Shown in pieces: positions 42,245 to 56,285 of a stretch of 64,000 nucleotides of DNA (the first letter of the stretch is position 1; every line of letters begins with the position of its first letter). The DNA lies in contig OZ024761.1 of the NCBI GenBank assembly GCA_964016885.1, positions 6,696,001-6,760,000 on the forward strand. Reading direction: 5' to 3'. The stretch is from Eledone cirrhosa (taxonomy: Eukaryota). The notes under the pieces were generated by a model. The model saw only the letters and a program-made list of their open reading frames with translations, ran no database searches and was not told the origin of the DNA. The translations under genes and the position numbers were made by a program.

Positions 42245-42632
42245 TAATGGTTTCTAATTTAGGCACCAGGCCAACAACTTTGGGGGAGGGGAAAGTCGAT
42301 TAAATCGACCCAGTGCATTACTGGTATTTTATTTTATCGACCTCGTAAGGATGAAAGGCAAAGCTAATCTCCATGGGATTTAAACTCAGAACAAAGGACT
42401 AACAATATGCCGTGAAGTATGGTGTCCAATGCTCTACTGATTCTGCCAATCCACTGTCTTTAATAATAATAATAATTGTTTCTACTTTAGGCACAACGCC
42501 AACAATTTTGGGCGAGAGGAAAGTCGATTTAATCGGCACCTTACTAGTATTTTATCGACCCCGTAAGGATGAAAGGCAAAGCTAACCTCGGTGGGATTTG
42601 AACCCAGAACGTAAAGGACCATAACTCTATGC
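42245..42632 (-). mobile_element. Two tandem main-family SINEs
   Basis: Copies at about 42245-42460 and 42475-42632, joined by (AAT)n. Confidence 0.85.
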
Positions 42633-43359
42633 CAAATAAAGATAACAATCCAGTGAGTTCACGAGACCCCACAAATAAAAAAAAAATCAAGAATTTCTTA
42701 TAAGAATTGAACCTCTAAATCAAACTTAGAGTCTCTACATCTCAGAAGAGGGGACAGCAAGACCTTGACCACAAAATTATTGACAAAAAAGATACTTCAA
42801 AATAATGGGACCATTGATTCATTTGTGACCAGATTTCTAAGGAAAGACACTGGCTATGATTTTGAAACCATTTTGAAAATAATCACGAATTTTGAAGGAA
42901 TTATTATGTAACTAACTTTCTCCTTATTAAGATGGTATTTGGAGCATAACTTAATGGTTCTTACATAAAAATTATTCTAAAATAAACAAGGTCAAAAGTG
43001 ACTTGACCCCAGAGGGCACCAACATGGTCAGGTGTGACAATCAACTCCATAAGGCACAGAAAGGGCCAAGAATGACTGAATCAACAGAGGGCCTTCAATG
43101 ATTGAATTGATCCCTCAAAAGGAGGAAGTCAGCTCCATGAGTGATTGAATGAAGACTTAAAGGGAGAAGATAGTACAATATATGGTTTGATTAAACCCTA
43201 AGATGGGATGACAGGATAGATAACCTCTACGTTTATAATCTTAGTAAATAAAAATGTGTTGAGTTTATATTTTTATTGTGTGTTTGTAAGGTTCTTATAA
43301 CAAAGATCTTGAAGATAAGTGACTTGGGAACAAAATGGTGGGAGGCTTCTCATTTCATA

Positions 43360-43577
43360 ACTGTCATTCTAATGAAATACAATATATTTCAATTAATTAA
43401 GAATTTTGATGGATTTTCTAAGATTAAGCAATCCTAACCATATGTTAAGTAACTTAACACATGGCTTTTATATATATATTGGACGATTTTAATTTAAAAG
43501 GTGATCCTTTAAAATGGGTGGTTTTGTTTCATAGAACCAGAGCTGGTTTTAAGCAGGCTGGTATTAAAAATGATTGA
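43360..43577 (+). mobile_element. MITE family B, diverged copy (another at about 42810-42965)
   Basis: ttctaatgaaatacaa...atagaaccagagctggttttaagcaggctggtattaaaaa. Confidence 0.55.
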
Positions 43578-43609
43578 GACATGGAGTCTAAAATCCATGA
43601 CAAGCACGG

Positions 43610-43846
43610 AGGTTCATTAGGCCAATACTTATCTCAGTTTCCTTGGCATTAAGTGAAAGTGTACAAGAGAGACGGGATGCCAGTCGATCACAGGATTAAA
43701 TCTCCAGCTACTGCTGGTACTCATTTTGAGAGGAGTATACTGAAACATGAAATGAAGTGTTTTGTTCAAGAATACAACACACATCCTGGTCCAGGAACCA
43801 AACCGACAACATTTTGACCAAGTCCAACATCTAACCACTAAGCCAT
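43610..43846 (-). mobile_element. tRNA/CORE SINE with a V-domain-like segment
   Basis: gacgggatgccagtcgatcacagg, gaaatgaagtgttttgttcaag and ctaaccactaagcca. Confidence 0.65.
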
Positions 43847-44982
43847 TTATCTTTACACTGACAGGACTGCTCCTAGAGAATCTTTTGAATTGAGTTTCTA
43901 CTAGTAAGAGACACAATGTGGAACCTGTAACAATAATGTCTGAGAACCACAAATGTGAAATAAGTAACAGACTAACCTACACCTCCCATAGAGGAAGGGC
44001 ATAAGATAATTGTAGGACTGGAAATACATTACTGAATACTATATAATGGTGAAGTTGGACCTTTTTAAACACAAAATTACTGAATACTATATAGACTGGT
44101 GAAGTTGGACCTTTTTGAACACAAATAAACACCAGCATTTCACATATCTTGGGACCTACAAAAACTTATATGATGGAATACAGAGCCAAGAATGTATGTA
44201 AAATAGAGTGGGGGAGAGAGATTTTAGATGCTACCTCTTTCCCCCTTCCACCCAGAGGAAACTGCTTAGTAATAATGTTGGTGTCAACAGAGATTAAAAA
44301 AGAATGATATAAGAAGTTTGGGGTTGTATTTGTTTAGTCACTTACTTTCTTCTGGGAGACTGAGTTCAATTACATCAGTAATTAAATCGCAGGAGACTTT
44401 TAACCATTTATATATAAACCACACAAAAAAACTGCTAAATTTACTTTAAATTTATCATTTGTGTCTTAGTGCTAAAATTTTCATCACACTACTTGCAACC
44501 TGGTCACTGAAACAGTTGGTTTCAAACTACAAACAGTGAGGGACATTTTGACACCAAGAAATAAGTGATAAACGCAAAGTGTTTTTGTTTTAATGGTTAA
44601 AAAGTCCTCTTTGATGTAATCACAGAGGTATGAACATTATGATGGGAAAGTAAGGAGAAGAGAAATGATAACTAAATGATAACTAAATGGATTTTGATAA
44701 GCAGCAGGACTGAAGGAAAACAAATGAAAATGTAGTGGTGGTGGTGCTATGATGAAATGAAAGCAAAGGGAAGTAAGCAAGGATGGATGGATAGATGGCA
44801 GCACTGAATGAAACCAATGGCAGGAAGGGGAAGTCATGACAGGACAGAAAGATTGGATGAAAGAGAAAGGACCAAACAATGAACGCACGAGCGAGCTAGT
44901 AAACGATTGAATGAGTGAACAAATGAATGAGTGAAATGAATCCGATAGTTATACTGATATTTTATATTTTATTTTTTTAGTT

Positions 44983-45025
<43 letters not shown>

Positions 45026-46074
45026 TACATATATATATATACACACATATATATATATACATATGCATACATATATATATATATATATACACACACACAT
45101 ATATACATACACACACACATATATACATATACACATATATATATACACACATATATATATATACACACACATATATATATACACACACATATATATATAC
45201 ACACATATATATATACACACATATATATATACACATATATATATACACACATATATATACACACATATATACATATACACATATATATACATATACACAT
45301 ACATATATATGTATGTAAGGAATGTGAAAATGTTATGTTAATGTCCCAATAACCATCACACAGAAACAGAAATGACCACAGAAGAAATAAAACCACTAGG
45401 AAAGACATAAGATTGCATGCAAGTAATTTAAAATCAATTAAACGAAATTAACTGAAAAAAATGTTTTTTTTAAAATACACACACACACCATTTCAAAATG
45501 CTAATATTACTTAACAGAGAGAAAGAATTTTTAAAAAGAAAACTGTTAAATCTTTACGTGCAAATTGTTAGAAGCACTTGAAATTGAATGAAATTAATAA
45601 CTGTTTCTTTTTCTTTTTAAATGAAATTATTATTTAATAATAAATTTCACTATTTTAATTGGGAAGTGTTAAATAAAATTTATAATTTGTCTGTCTGTCG
45701 TGTTTTTTTTTTGTGTTTTTTTGGAAGGAGAAATATAAATTGTTATTTTGGTACAGTACTAGGAGAGAGAGAGAGAGAGTGAGAAAGATAGAGAGAGTTC
45801 ATTTAATACATTCAATTCAATTAAGTTAATTTTGACTTCAGGGGCTTCCTATTTGGGGTTCTGTTATTCTTTGTTACATTTATCTCCTCTCTACAAAGAA
45901 CAAAAGGGCCGTGTTGATAGAAGAGGGGTACAGTCACATCTTGTTATACCAACTACAATACATAACTAGTAGTTTATACCACCAGGTGTCACCTCTGGTG
46001 CAATACAAACTTGCAAGGGACACAACCCAGTATTATAAAGAATTTTATCTGCCATTCTATAAGAAAATGTCAAA

Positions 46075-46350
46075 TAATTGTTTCTACCATAGGCACAAGG
46101 CCAGCAATTAGAGGGGGGGGGGGAGCTTGATGAAATCAACCCCAGTGTGTTGATAACAATAATTGTTTCTACTTTTGGCACAAGGCCAGCAATTGCCCAG
46201 TGCATTACTGGTACTTTATTTTATCGACCCTGTAAAGATGAAAGACAAAGTTAACCTCGACGGGATTTGAACTCAGAATGGAAAGGGCCGTAACTGTATG
46301 CATCAAAGCATGGCGTCCAACCCTCTACAGATACTGACAATCCACCGCCC
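46075..46350 (-). mobile_element. Main-family SINE plus a duplicated 3' fragment
   Basis: ggcacaaggccagcaatt occurs twice, followed by the full body to tccaccgcc. Confidence 0.85.
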
Positions 46351-46404
46351 CATGTTGATAATAATAAAACCATTACATAAATAATATGTTCTCCGTAGCA
46401 AAGA

Positions 46405-47016
46405 ACCTGCTGTAGACCGAACTCACCTATCAGTGGCTATGGTGTTTGAGGCTAAAAACAGAAGAGTGAGTGTTTCATTTTGGCTGCACAAGATCAGTAT
46501 CTTTCAAGCCAATGTGATAAAAAATTGAACTGACTTAAAGTGTCGATTCTGAGTATGTTGAGACCATTGACCATCTGGTTTCAGGCTGCAAAGTATTAGC
46601 TCCCCAGGAATGTCAAACAAGGCAGAAAAGAATGGGGCAATATTTACACTGGTAAAATAATTTAGACATCATCCAGTGACAATCCTGCGGGATTATCCTG
46701 TGAACACCAACAGAATGATCAAGGCTAACAGACCTGATATTGTGAAGGACAAAGAGAAAACAAGTTTCTTAACTTGAGCATTCCACAGATTGTAACATCT
46801 TGAAACAATTTCGAAAGCTCAATAAATATGAAGATCTCACAATCGAAATTGAGAAAATATGGCATCTTAAGGCCTGTACAATACCAATGATAGTCAGCAC
46901 ACTTGGAATGATAAAAAAGGGTACTGGAAACTATTTGGACCAATACCTGGAAAGCCATCTGCAAGAAAGACAGAATATATTGCTGACAAGCACTGTCAAT
47001 GTCCTGAGAAGGGTAT
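46405..47016 (+). mobile_element. R4/Dong-like non-LTR retrotransposon 3' fragment (CCHC plus restriction-like endonuclease), decayed
   Basis: Frameshifted FILAAQDQ, KCRF, ETIDHLVSGCKVLA, IKANRPDIV and KLNKYEDLTIEIEKIWHLK...IPMIVSTLGMI. Confidence 0.85.
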
Positions 47017-47356
47017 CAATTTATATATCTTACAAAGACATGTACTGTTTTGCCCTTGCGCATTTGTATGATTGATTCATCATCATCATCATCGTTTAAC
47101 GTCTATCTTCCACGCTAGCATGGGTTTAGATGGGTAATTGATTGATGTAAAATATGTGTGTTATCAAATTTTGCCTCAGGGGGTCAGGTTGACACTCACC
47201 ATATGGGAAAGAAGCAGAAGTTAAAGGAAATTTCAAATAATAATAATAATAATAATGGACTTCTAATTTAGGTACATGGTCAGCAATTTTGGTGGAGGAA
47301 GATAAAGTCAATATTTACCCCAGTAATTAGTTGGCATTTTATCAACCTGTTTATCT

Positions 47357-48973
47357 TTAACCCTTTAGCATTTACATTACTCTATATATACTATTGTATT
47401 TTTGTGGTAAAGGCTTTACCTCACATAATATCTCACATAACATTACATTACTCTATATATACTATTATATTTTCACAGTAAAGGCTTTACCTCACATAAT
47501 ATCTCACATAACATTTACATTACTCTATATATACTATTGTATTTTCACAGTAAAGGCTTTACCTCACATAATATCTCACATAACATTTACATTACTCTAT
47601 ATATACTATTATATTTTCACAGTAAAGGCTTTACCTCACATAATATCTCACATAACATTACATTACTCTATATATACTATTATATTTTCACAGTAAAGGC
47701 TTTACCTCACATAATATCTCACATAACATTTACATTACTCTATATATACTATTATATTTTCACAGTAAAGGCTTTACCTCACATAATATCTCACATAACA
47801 TTACATTACTCTATATATACTATTATATTTTCACAGTAAAGGCTTTACCTCACATAATATCTCACATAACATTACATTACTCTATATATACTATTATATT
47901 TTCACAGTAAAGGCTTTACCTCACATAATATCTCACATAACATTACATTACTCTATATATACTATTATATTTTCACAGTAAAGGCTTTACCTCACATAAT
48001 ATCTCACATAACATTTACATTACTCTATATATACTATTGTATTTTCACAGTAAAGGCTTTACCTCACATAATATCTCACATAACATTTACATTACTCTAT
48101 ATATACTATTGTATTTTCACAGTAAAGGCTTTACCTCACATAATATCTCACATAACATTTACATTACTCTATATATACTATTATATTTTCACAGTAAAGG
48201 CTTTACCTCACATAATATCTCACATAACATTTACATTACTCTATATATACTATTGTATTTTCACAGTAAAGGCTTTACCTCACATAATATCTCACATAAC
48301 ATTTACATTACTCTATATATACTATTATATTTTCACAGTAAAGGCTTTACCTCACATAATATCTCACATAACATTACATTACTCTATATATACTATTATA
48401 TTTTCACAGTAAAGGCTTTACCTCACATAATATCTCACATAACATTTACATTACTCTATATATACTATTATATTTTCACAGTAAAGGCTTTACCTCACAT
48501 AATATCTCACATAACATTACATTACTCTATATATACTATTATATTTTCACAGTAAAGGCTTTACCTCACAATATCTCACATAACATTTACATTACTCTAT
48601 ATATACTATTGTATTTTCACAGTAAAGGCTTTACCACACATAATATCTCACATAACATTTACATTACACTATATACTATTATATTTTCACAGTAAAGGCT
48701 TTACCTCACATAATATCTCACATAACATTACATTACTCTATATATACTATTATATTTTCACAGTAAAGGCTTTACCTCACATAATATCTCACATAACATT
48801 TACATTACTCTATATATACTAATGTATTTTCACAGTAAAGGCTTTACCTCACATAATATCTCACATAACATTTACATTACTCTATATATACTATTGTATT
48901 TTCACAGTAAAGGCTTTACCTCACATAATATTGAATCTATGAGATATGGTCGGTTTAAATGGTAAAGGGTTAA
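47357..48973 (+). mobile_element. MITE family A with internal 71/72-bp tandem expansion (about 21-22 units)
   Basis: Termini TTAACCCTTTAGCATT ... GGTAAAGGGTTAA; same unit as 3482-4046. Confidence 0.85.
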
Positions 48974-49408
48974 AATATGTGAAGAGTAAAAGGATATATA
49001 TATATATATATATAGATATATATAGATATATATATATAGATATATATATATATAGAGAGAGAGTAAGAGAGAGAGGAAAGAGAGAGTGTAAGTGAGTGTC
49101 GGTGAGTGTCGGTGGGAGTCAGCAACGTTGAGATATGCATGCAAGACTGGGAGTTCCCAATAAGAACAAAATTTACAGGGAAAAAACAAAAAAACTGGGA
49201 TATAAAAAGAAAGGAAGGGAAGGGGATACATATATATTTCTGTAAAATAGGGGTCTACACTTAGAGGAGGAGGAGCAGTAATGAGTAGCATTGGTAGTAG
49301 TAGTAGTGGTGGTGATCACAGCAAAGGATAAGTGAAGACTCACATTTTAAAAGAAAACAACAAAAGGAAAACAAGACTATTTCTACAGAAATTAGGGGTT
49401 AAAACGTT

Positions 49409-49455
<47 letters not shown>

Positions 49456-49517
49456 GTATGTATACACACATATACATATGTATACATATATATGAAAACA
49501 CACACACATATGTGTGT

Positions 49518-49555
<38 letters not shown>

Positions 49556-49916
49556 GACACACAAACACACATACAATATATAACATATGGCTCAGCAGGA
49601 TTTCAACTCAGAACATAAAGGGCTGACAGAAATAGCACAAGGCATTTTGTCGAGTGCTCCACCAATTCTGTCAATCATATGCCATTAGAATATTTTTTAA
49701 CAATCACAAGGTACCAAATTTTGTTTGTACCAAATTTTGTTTGTGTATATATATATATATATATATATATGCATACATATATATGTATACATATCTATAT
49801 ATATACATATCTATATATGTATACATAAGCAAAAAGGATATTCAATTTGTTGGTAATTCAACAAATATAAATGTTTATAATTGATTCAGAGCACTCAACA
49901 GGTTTTCTGGAGTATA

Positions 49917-50178
49917 ATATTCAATGATATTAAATAAATGGAAACTATATTTATTCTATTATATATATTTCAAGAGTACCAAAACTTTGGTACGCTTTCT
50001 ATCCAGAAAAAACTTGAACCATTAACTTAATCTTCCTGGATATGTCACTATTTATAAAACAAACTTTGTATTTTATCTGATGAGAGCGTACCAAAGTTTT
50101 GGTACCCTTGAAATATATATAATAGAATAAATATGGTTTTATAAATATAGTTTCCATTTATTTAATATCATTGAATAT
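49917..50178. mobile_element. Foldback element with about 80-bp inverted arms carrying the hammerhead
   Basis: 49917-49997 is the reverse complement of 50085-50178, with one short insertion. Confidence 0.8.
50071..50127 (+). ncRNA. Minimal type-I hammerhead ribozyme motif
   Basis: UUUUAU-CUGAUGA-GAGCGUACCAAAGUUUUGGUACCCUU-GAAA-UAUAUA-UA-AUAGAA. Core intact, long stem II (GUACCAAA/UUUGGUAC), palindromic AU stem III, stem I UUUUAU/AUAGAA. Confidence 0.7.
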
Positions 50179-50196
50179 GTATACATATGTATATGC

Positions 50197-50244
<48 letters not shown>

Positions 50245-50643
50245 GTGTGTGTGTGTAAAGGAAACAAGAAATTAAGAATGACAACAGAAAGTGTAACAAC
50301 TAGAAGACTTCATGCATCATATTTTTGGTTTAGAAGAAATTTAATTAAAAAATGTCTTTTTTTCCAATTTTTTTTTCTCTTTTTTCTTTTTCATTCATAT
50401 ATTTTTTTCTTTCAATTTTCACATTATTTGTTATCAATATTATTGTTTGTGTTTTTTTTTTTAATATTTTGTATTGTTTCTATATTCACTGTACAACACT
50501 TTCATTCCTGAATGAAGTATATATATATATTTTTTTTTTTGCTGTGTGTGTTTTTGTGTATGATATTACTATTATTATTATTATTATCATTATTATTATT
50601 ATTATATTTATATATTCAATTGGTGTGTGTGTATATGTGTGTG

Positions 50644-50676
<33 letters not shown>

Positions 50677-50708
50677 ATGTGTGCATGTGTGCGTGTGTGC
50701 GTGTGCGT

Positions 50709-50741
<33 letters not shown>

Positions 50742-50974
50742 AATGTTGGTTTGTTGACCAAATAGGTGAGAAAAAAATTTAAATAAACCACAAGTTTCAT
50801 ATAGAAGGAATTTTAACAAAGAAAACAGTATGGGGGAGGGGAGGGTATGATGTACATTAAGGGAGAGGAGGAGAGAGAGGTAGAGAGAGAAGAGAAATAG
50901 GTAGGTAAAGAGAGAGAGATAGAGACCAAAAAGAGTAACAGGTAAAAACAATTATAGGAAGAATAATAATGATA

Positions 50975-52920
50975 ACGGTTTCTAATTTGGGCACAAGGCC
51001 AGCAATTTGAGACGGGGGAAAGTTGATTAAATTGACCCTCCCTCACCCCAGCCCACCTTGTACTTGACTGCTACTTTATTTTATCAGTCCTTGGGAAGAA
51101 ACACAACAAAGTTTCAACTGAAAAGAGATGGGAGAAGCACAAGTCCAACAATATTGAAGCCAACCCTCCTGGTGCTGTTGCTGACAAGTCCCCAATAGAG
51201 TAATCTTCCCTGAATACATAATACGATTTCAAGGGAAAGAATTCATTAAAAAAATTCCAGCATCCCAAAGGTTAAATCAACCCCCCGCCAGCGTCTTACT
51301 GGTATTTTATCAACCCCTGTAAAGATGAAAAGCAAAGCTCATCTGTGGGATTTGAACTCAGAATGTAAAGGGATGTAACTATATGTGGCAAAGCATGTCC
51401 CATACTCTCTACTGGTTACTTACTAAAATAATTATCTTTTTGTGGCCAGAAGGGTCACAATAGTTTTTAACTGAGACTAGAATTCCATTTATTTTACTGT
51501 AGCCTACTTCCAGAAGTAAGGTCGACAGCCATTCAATATAAACCCTAGTACATAGGTCTGATTATTGTAGTAACCCATCTGTGTCTCCTAGAAGGATAAA
51601 GGGGAAGACAAAGTGGACATTAGCAGAATTTGAGCTCAGAACCTAAAGATATGTGGATTAACACCACAAAAGCTTTCTGTCTGTTGCTCCACCGATTGTA
51701 ACAATTCACCACCACAATAATAACAATAATAACAACAAAGGCACAAGGCCGGAAATTTGGGGTGGTAGAAGATGAACAATCAATTATATCAACTCCCCAG
51801 TGTATCACTGGGACTTTAGGATGAAAGACAAAGTTGACCTTGGTGGGTTTTGAACTCACAACATAACGAGTCATAAATATATAGTGCAAGGTATTTTGTC
51901 CGACGCCTTACTAAGTCACCATGGGGAAGGTGTTGTGCGGAGTAACAGTTCAACCCCACCCCATTACTTCACTGGTTCTTTATAACCTCACAAGTATGAC
52001 AGGCAAAAGTCGACCTAGGATCTGAACTCACAGCCGCTAGAAGGCAATGCCTGGTTGTTACCCTACTGATTTCAACCCCCCCCCCCCCCATCCTAATAAT
52101 AGTTCATGGGTTCTGATTTAGGCACAAGGCCAACCAATTTCAAGGGAAGGGAAAAGTCAATTAAATCAACCCCAGTACATTACTGGTACTTTATTTTATC
52201 GACCTCGTAAGGATGAAAGGCAAAGTTAACCTCACCAGGATTTGAACCCAAAACGTAAAGGGCCATAACTCTGCTGTCCAATCTACAGTCCCCTTACCCT
52301 AATAATAATAATAATAATAATAATGATGAAATATGAGAGGCACAAGGCCAACATTTTGTTTATTGTCTTGTTTGTTTGTTTGTTTACTATCAACATATAT
52401 TTTATTGACCCCTGGAGGGGAGTGAAAGAAATGGGAATATAAAGACGAAGAGAAGAACTGTTACCAGACATAGCTCAGTGAATTACCCCTTCTGCTACTT
52501 CTCTGCCTAACATTAATAATAATTGTTTCTACTTTAGGCACAAGGCCAGCAATTACCCAGTGCATTACTGGTACTTTATTTTATCGACCCCGTAAGGATG
52601 AAAGGCAAAGTTAACCTCGGCGGGATTTGAACTCAGATCGTAAAGGGATGTAACTATGCTGGAAAGCATGGCGTCCGACCCTCTACCGATACTGCCAATC
52701 CACCGCCCTTAATAATAATGCTTTCATTTAAGCACAAGGCCAGCAATGTTGGGGGTGGGGAGTCGATTAAATCAACCTCAGTACACTACTGGTACTTTAT
52801 TTTATCAACCCTGTAAGGATGAAAGGCAAAGCTAACCTCGGCGGGATTTGAACTCGGAGCGTAAAGGGACGTAACTATGCTGGAAAGCATGGCGCCTGAC
52901 GCTCTACCGACCCACTGCCC
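50975..52920 (-). mobile_element. Head-to-tail cluster of about 8 complete or partial main-family SINEs
   Basis: Recurrent ggcacaaggcc...actggtactttattttatcgacc...ggatgaaaggcaaag...ggatttgaactc blocks separated by (AAT)n. Confidence 0.85.
52521..52707 (-). mobile_element. tRNA-derived SINE, main family, near full-length copy
   Basis: Minus strand starts GGCGGTGGATTGGCAGTATCGG (A box), then GAGTTCAAATCCCGCC (B box), then CTTTCATCCTTACGGGGTCGATAAAATAAAGTACCAGT (Meta/MESC-like central domain) and an (ATT)n tail. Confidence 0.9.
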
Positions 52921-53201
52921 TTTATATAATAATAATAATAATAATATCATGGTATATTTTATTGATAATAACATGAATGGTGACGAATCAATAATGATAG
53001 TAATAATAATAATAATATTGAGAATAATGAAAAGATTCCATCAAGAAAAGCATGCAACAGAGACATTAAAAAGAACACCCTCACATATACACATACATAG
53101 ACATAGACATTTAAGGAGAGGTGAGGTAAAGAGGAGCTGTGGTGGGGTTAATTCCTCATCCCCTCACCCTCTATTATAATGTATGTATATACACATCTCT
53201 G

Positions 53202-53245
<44 letters not shown>

Positions 53246-53743
53246 AATTTAAGAAGGACTGATAGAAGGGGATGAGGGGGTCATGGGAAGAGAGGGGTGG
53301 TGTGGCAGAGGTTGATGCTAAAAGAGGGTTGTGTCTAAGATGGGAAGACAGTTAAAAGGTTGAGAAGTATCAGTGATAGAGAGGGGTGGTGTTTAGGAGG
53401 GAGTGAGGGGTGGAGGTTGTAAATTGTCGATTTTTTTTTTTTGTTTTGATGTCATCTATTCGAATTTCTAAGAATTAAAATATAAAAAAATACCCCCCCC
53501 CCTCTCCCCCCAAAAAAACATTCAGTTTCCAAAATAGGAACTGAATTCTTTAATTTCTTAAAAAATGATTTCTTTACTTGGTTTCATTATTCAAAGCTAA
53601 GGCCATGCTGCAGCACCACCAAGAGGTATTTCATTGATTTTGTAAAAATTATAATTCTTATTTTTAAAACCACATCACTGGTCCTGATCGGCCGTGACCA
53701 TACTGGAGCAGATTCATGATGATAATGATCTGTTACCTGTAAA

Positions 53744-54150
53744 CCAGTTCTACCTGTTTCAGTGTTGGGTCATCAGTGACTCACCCTTGGGTGTAGGCCG
53801 GTCTACAAGGAGTAGATAAACTCCAGTCACCCCCCACCAGTTCTACCTGTTTCAGTGTTGTGTCATCAGTGACTCACCCTCGGGTGTAGGCCGGTCTACA
53901 AGGAGTAGATAAACTCCAGTCACCCCCCACCAGTTCTACCTGTTTCAGTGTTGTGTCATCAGTGACTCACCCTCGGGTGTAGGCCGGTCTACAAGGAGTA
54001 GATAAACTCCAGTCACCCCCCACCAGTTCTACCTGTTTCAGTGTTGTGTCATCAGTGACTCACCCTCGGGTGTAGGCCGGTCTACAAGGAGTAGATAAAC
54101 TCCAGTCACCCCCCCCCCCATCAATTCTACCTGTTGCGCCATCAGTGACT
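53744..54150. repeat. 93-bp tandem repeat, about 4.3 copies
   Basis: ctccagtcacc recurs at 53821, 53914 and 54007. Confidence 0.95.
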
Positions 54151-54966
54151 AAGCCATGAGTAAACGGCTCTCCTTCAAACCTACAAATGGGACATACTTT
54201 GCTCCATCATTAAGGTCTAGATTGATGGCCCACTCCTCTGGTTGGATTGTCTTTCTCAGATATGCTGGCCTTAGTCTTGCCTATAACCTATAAAGACCCA
54301 AGTGAGAGAAACGACTTAATACAGGATACAAAACAAAGGTTATTAAACCACTTTAAGTGTTACTGCCGATACACTGATAGGTTACAGCTGGCCTGGACAT
54401 TCAAATAATTGATTTATAAGCAATCTATAACTGTCTATCTAACTATCTATTTATCTGCCTCTCTATCTATCTATTTATCTGCCTCTCTATCTATTTATCT
54501 GCCTCTCTATCTATCTGTCTGTCTGTCTGTCTGTGTCTACTTATCTATCTTATTTATATATCTTTGAAAAAGCTCATAAAATAACAAAAAAATATGGTAA
54601 GATTCAGAAGGTACATAACCCCCCCCCCCCCCACTGAGACACACAATCAACTTGTTAAAATAATAGTCCCCCCCCCCACCACCACTGATAACATCCATGA
54701 TGATGATGATGGCTACTCCATTAGATGCTAAGTATACTCTTGTTCAATAGGATGTCTCACTCATCACATTTTAAACCATGTATCTGCTAGAGTATTTAGC
54801 AGGCATGTGCAGTACCTCTATTGTGGTTTATAGACTGGACCAGAGTAACACAATACGTGACATGGTGACACCTTTCAATTTAAAAGGCTGTCAATCATAC
54901 AGGCTTCTGTACACTTTCGAACCTGCCCAATTTGAACCACATGGTTTTATCTGGCCCACAGCTATG

Positions 54967-55264
54967 ATGTCATAGAGTGGGGTGAAATCTGGGACCTTGT
55001 CACTGAAAAGATGTCAGAGTGGGGTGAAATCTGGGACCTTGTCACTGAAAAGATGTCATAGAGTGGGGTGAAATCTGGGACCTTGTCACTGAAAAGATGT
55101 CATAGAGTGGGGTGAAATCTGGGACCTTGTCACTGAAAAGATGTCATAGAGTGGGGTGAAATCTGGGACCTTGTCACTGAAAAGATGTCATAGAGTGGGG
55201 TGAAATCTGGGACCCTGTCACTGAAAAGATGTCAGAGTGGGGTGATATCTGGGACCTTGTCACT
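54967..55264. repeat. 44-bp minisatellite, about 6.7 copies
   Basis: Unit gatgtcatagagtggggtgaaatctgggaccttgtcactgaaaa. Confidence 0.95.
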
Positions 55265-55438
55265 AGCTCTGCCATGCCTGCATCCTAGAAAATTACTGAA
55301 CATACAGAGGCATGTACAAACACACACTATCATAAAAGTGTGTGTGGGGTGAACTGTATACTCCACAAGATTTATACCACATCTTGGGAATAAAGATTTC
55401 TCGGATTTTGTCCTACCACTTCTAAAGTATGTATATAA

Positions 55439-55492
<54 letters not shown>

Positions 55493-55699
55493 AACATGCA
55501 TACATACATATGCATGTTATGGAGAGAGAAGGGTGTGAGAGAGAGGGGTGTGAGTGGTGGCTACCAGGTGTGTGGGTGTGTCTGGATGTGTGTGTGTGTG
55601 TGAGTGGTGGTTGTCAAGGCTACCAGGTGTGTGGGTGTGTCTGGAGGTGTGTGTGAAAGATGGCAAGGTGAAATGAAAGAATGTAGTGAAAGGTTGCAA

Positions 55700-56285
55700 A
55701 CACACACACACACACAATCTAATAGAGACATACACACACACACAATCTAATAGAGACACACACATCTAATAGTCACACACATACACATCTAATAGAGAAC
55801 AGACACACATCTAATAGAGAACACACACACACATCTAATAGAGAACACACACACACATCTAATAGAGAACACACACACACACATACACAATCTAATAGAG
55901 AACACACACACACACATACACAATCTAATAGAGACACACACACACACATACACAATCTAATAGAGACACACACACACATCTAATAGACACACACAGACAT
56001 TTAATAGAGACCCACACACCTAACAGCAGACACATACACACACATCTAATAGCAGACACACACACATCTAACAGCAGACACACACACCTAATAGCAGACA
56101 CACACACACACACCTAATAGCAGACACACACACACACACCTAATAGCAGACACACACACACACACCTAATAGCAGAAACATACACACACACCTAATAGCA
56201 GAAACACAAACACATCTAACACACATGCACACCTAACAGCAGACACACACACACGCACCTAACAGCAGACACACACATCTAATAT
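55700..56285. repeat. (CA)n-ctaatagag/cag minisatellite
   Basis: Direct inspection. Confidence 0.9.

Noticed and set aside
51071-51268. Unique-looking segment within the SINE cluster with an acceptor (gtattcag at 51210)
   Set aside because: No frame resembles a known protein or SERCA tail, and the pyrimidine tract is weak.
52600-52707. tRNA gene
   Set aside because: A and B boxes are present, but the sequence continues into a SINE body and no cloverleaf is supported.
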